A stretch of DNA of 64,000 nucleotides, from contig CBDBHB010000008.1 in assembly GCA_965205505.1 (NCBI GenBank), positions 96,001 through 160,000 on the forward strand, read 5' to 3'. The notes under the pieces were generated by a model. It saw nothing but the letters and a program-made list of their open reading frames with translations. It was not told the origin of the DNA and ran no database searches. The position numbers were made by a program, and so were the translations under genes. Positions within the stretch are counted from its first letter, which is position 1. Each line of letters begins with the position of its first letter. The stretch comes from Acidobacteriota bacterium. Its GTDB lineage: Bacteria; Acidobacteriota; UBA890; WLXD01. Shown one piece after another: positions 60,786-64,000 of this stretch.

Positions 60786-60801
60786 CACGCCGTTGTGGAA
60801 G
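60782..60801. repeat. Decayed family A terminal stub sharing its CTAG with copy 2
   Basis: CTAGCACGCCGTTGTGGAAG versus CTAGCAGGCCGTGGTGGAAG. Confidence 0.65.
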
Positions 60802-60867
60802 CCCGGCTGCGAGATATTCAGCCCGGTATTACGCCGTTACCCGCCACGAGCGCAAGCGTCAGCGCGC

Positions 60868-61146
60868 CTACAGGTACTCGATGCGATGGCGCAGCAACTG
60901 GGCGTCGTGGGCCTCAGCCTCGCGAACGACACGTTCAAACAACCCCTCCAGGGGGCGCTGCGATGCCGATATCGACGCCACTGCTACGCCAGCTCGCTGC
61001 CGCAAATCCTGATGCTCCACCTCGGCGACCGCAACGTTGAAGCGAGCCTTCAGCCGCCCTTTCAGACGGTTGAGAAACATGCGCTTTTCCTTGAGGCTCC
61101 TGCAGCCTGCGAGATGAAACTCAAGGCTGCAGACCCCGATGATCAT
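60868..61146 (-). CDS. DUF503 (YlxP-like) protein
   Basis: SLKEKR, FNVAVAEV..QD; position between infB and rbfA. Confidence 0.9.
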   Translation of the reverse strand: MIIGVCSLEFHLAGCRSLKEKRMFLNRLKGRLKARFNVAVAEVEHQDLRQRAGVAVASISASQRPLEGLFERVVREAEAHDAQLLRHRIEYL

Positions 61147-61209
61147 GACTTGGCCTCACCACCGCTCGGCGCCGGGAGAGCCAGTCCGATCGACGTCAGG
61201 GCGGGACGT

Positions 61210-63467
61210 TCAGAGGCTGGGAGCAATCTCCTTGAGATCGTACGCCTCGAGCACGTCACCGATCTTGACGTCGTTGAAATTCTCCAGCCCAATGCCACAC
61301 TCGTAGCCTTGCTGCACTTCGCGCACATCTTCCTTGAACCGACGCAGGGAGCCGACCTTGCCCTCGTAGATGATGCGTGAATCGCGTACCAGGCGAGCCC
61401 GCGTACCACGGGAGAACTTACCGTCGGTCACGTAACAACCCGCCACGACGCCGGCGCGCGGCACCCGGAAGGTATCGCGTACTTCCGCAGACCCCGTCGC
61501 CCGTTCTTCGAACGTCGGGTCCAGCTTGCCGACCATGGCCTCCCGCACCTCGTCGATAAGCCGGTAGATGACGGTATGTAGCCGCAGATCGACACGCTCG
61601 TGCGTCGCTGCGTCGGCCACCCCACGTTCCGGCCGCACGTTGAAGCCCACGATGATGGCGTCGGATGCCGACGCCAACAGTACGTCCGTCTCGGTCACGC
61701 CACCAACAGCGGCGAGCATGATCTCCACCTGCACCGAGTCGCCCGAGAGCTTGCTCAGGGCATCGCTGAGCGTCTGCACGGATCCCTTCGTGTCAGCCCT
61801 CAGTACCACCCGGAGCTTCACGCGTTCGCCCTCGAGGATGCGAGCGTGAAGGTCTTCAAGCGTCAAGCGCGAGCCGGCGGCTAGGTTTTCCGTACGCGCC
61901 TTGAACTGACGTAATTCAGCGACCTTCCGCGCCACTGAAGCCTCTTCGACCACCTGGAAGCTATCGCCGGCTTCCGGCACGCCGGAAAACCCGAGCACCT
62001 CTACAGCGGTCGCCGGAGGCGCATCCTTCGTCTGCTGGCCGCGCGCGTCGATCATCGCACGCACCTTGGCGCTCTCGGTGCCGGCAACGAGCGAATCGCC
62101 TACGCGCAAGGTACCTTCCTGAACCAGCAAGGTTGCCAAGGCGCCCCGCTGGCGATCCAGCTGAGCTTCGAGCACGGTGCCGCGTGCCGAAATCTCCGGG
62201 TTCGCTTTCAGCTCGAGGAGCTCCGACGATAGGATGATCATCTCCAACAGCTCGTCGAGATTCTCCTTGGTCTTGGCCGATACTGATACGCACACCGTGT
62301 CTCCACCCCAATCCTCAGGCGTCAACTGGTGCTCGATGAGCTGCTGCTTGGCACGCTCGACGTTGGCTTGCGGCAGGTCGATCTTGTTGATGGCCACCAG
62401 AATCGGCACGTTCGCCGCGCGCGCGTGACCAATAGCCTCAACGGTCTGCGGCATGATGCCGTCGTCGGCGGCCACCACGAGGACGACGATGTCGGTGATC
62501 TGCGCGCCGCGAGCCCGCATACGTGTGAACGCCTGGTGGCCAGGCGTGTCGATAAGCACGATGCGATTGCCCTTCCACTCAACTTCGGAGGCGCCGATAT
62601 GCTGCGTGATCCCGCCCGCTTCCCGTGCCACGACGTTGGTTTCCCGAATCGAATCCAGTAGTTGCGTCTTGCCGTGGTCGACGTGGCCCATGATCGTCAC
62701 CACCGGGGCGCGCGGCGCCAAATCCGCCTCGTCGCCGGCGTCCTGTTCGCCGAGCAGCCGCTCGTCGGCGGTAACAACTCTGAGGTTTACACCGTGCTCT
62801 GCGGCGATCGCCATCGCCACCTCGGCGTCGAGCGACTGAGTGAGGTTGGCCATGATGCCCTTGGCCATGAGCTTGGTGATGATCTCCGTAGGACTGATTC
62901 CGGCCGCTTCCGCAAGCTCACGGACGGTAACGCCTTCTTCGACCTCGATTGGCTCCGAGTCGAGCGTCGCTGCAACCGTCCCGTTCGCCTCGGTCACGTC
63001 GTCGACGGCCTGTGGCTCGTCGACAACGTCGGCTTCGGCTTCTTCGACCTCCGACATCGCGTCGACCGGCTCAGGCTTCGCCTCGATCTCTACCGGCGGC
63101 TCGGGCTTGGCTCGGGCTTGGCCTCGGATTTCGCCTTGGCCTCGGATTTCGCCTTGGCCTTGGGCTTCGCCTTGACCTTGGGCTTCGCCTTGACCTTGGG
63201 CTTCGCCTTGACCTTGGGCTTCGCCTTGACCTTGGGCTTCGCCTTGGCCTTGGGCTTCGCCTTGACCTTGGGCTTCGCCTTGACCTTGGGTTTGACTTTG
63301 GCGTCGGCCGCGTCGGTCCGACCCGCGAGCAGCTCGCGAAGCCGGCCAGCGTCGGCATCCGAGATGGCGTTGGCGTGCGATTTCACCGCTACGCCAAGGT
63401 CGTTGAGCCGCTCGATGGCAACCTTGCTCGCGATGTCGAGCTCCTTGGCGATCTCGTGTACTCGCAT
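61210..63467 (-). CDS. infB: Translation initiation factor IF-2; 1-nt frameshift near 63110
   Basis: [11 protein letters not shown]-domain (63090-63467), then [25 protein letters not shown] in 61210-63057. Confidence 0.95.
63119..63300. repeat. 18-bp tandem repeat, about 10 units, encoding (KAKPKV)n in infB
   Basis: GGCTTCGCCTTGACCTTG units directly visible. Confidence 0.92.
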
Positions 63468-63547
63468 CGGATCTCTCTGTCTCTAGGTTCTGGACTTCGT
63501 TTCGTGTGGGTTCTGCGACTAGGTGTGGGTTCTGCGAAGGGTGCCGG

Positions 63548-63561
63548 CCATGGCCTGCTAG
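63548..63561. repeat. Short terminal stub of family A at the nusA stop
   Basis: CCATGGCCTGCTAG, 13/14 match to the TIR end. Confidence 0.55.
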
Positions 63562-64000
63562 GCGGGTTCCGCCTCCGACTCCGTTGTGTCTGCGCCTGTC
63601 TCCGGCTCAGGTGTGACATTCTGCTCGGCTGCCGAAGGCTCGACAATCTCAGAGGTCGAGGCAGCCTGCTGGATCTTCGCCGCGGATTTCGGCCCGATGC
63701 CGTCGACCGCGACCAACGCTTCTATGTTCGCTGCAACGATATCCGCGGCGCTCGTGAAACCCGCCGCAAGCAGCGCCGCCGCAGCCTTCGGTCCGACACC
63801 CGGTATCTGCCGCAGCGCTGCCACCGACGAAGCCTCTGAGCCCGCCGAATCACCCCCGGCGTCGATCGTCTCAACCACCGGTGGTGCCAGCTCCTGCCGC
63901 TTCTGCTCGTGGCTCTTCACGTCGATCTTGCGGCCAAGGAGCTTTCCGGCGAGGCGCACGTTCTGTCCTCGCTTGCCGATCGCCAGCGACAGCTGGTCCT
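63558..64000 (-). CDS. nusA: Transcription factor NusA, 3' part (runs off the window)
   Basis: DQLSLAIGKRGQNVRLA.KL (second KH domain), HhH motifs IPGVG and VDGIG; upstream of infB. Confidence 0.93.
   Translation of the reverse strand, partial: DQLSLAIGKRGQNVRLAGKLLGRKIDVKSHEQKRQELAPPVVETIDAGGDSAGSEASSVAALRQIPGVGPKAAAALLAAGFTSAADIVAANIEALVAVDGIGPKSAAKIQQAASTSEIVEPSAAEQNVTPEPETGADTTESEAEPA

Overview
GC-rich (about 65-67% by eye) bacterial core-genome window. Gene content and order suggest Acidobacteriota, but this is inference only. A PyrR-attenuated pyrRBCE operon (+) converges on a long minus-strand housekeeping tract (valS to mutL). It is followed by rsmA-uppP-ftsK (+), a small secreted-protein cluster (cyclophilin/FG-GAP protein, S55 peptidase, beta-propeller protein, RsbW-like kinase) and a roughly 33 kb minus-strand translation superoperon (nusA-infB ... 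argS). No rRNA, tRNA or CRISPR array was seen. The main unexplained structure is a layered set of CTAG-centred mobile DNA. (1) A 279-bp non-coding TIR element has two full copies, two half copies and five short stubs, most of them fused to TAG stop codons. (2) An IS630 and a second 114-bp MITE each sit in the CTAG of such a stub. (3) A truncated IS110/IS1111 element keeps a bridge-RNA-like end whose putative guides match its own flank. Other oddities are a roughly 500-bp 9-mer array in rpsB, a 31-nt insertion in rnhB copied from the neighbouring MITE, an IS630 empty site that would fuse a TPR gene to ftsY in frame, and several small frameshifts that may be assembly errors.
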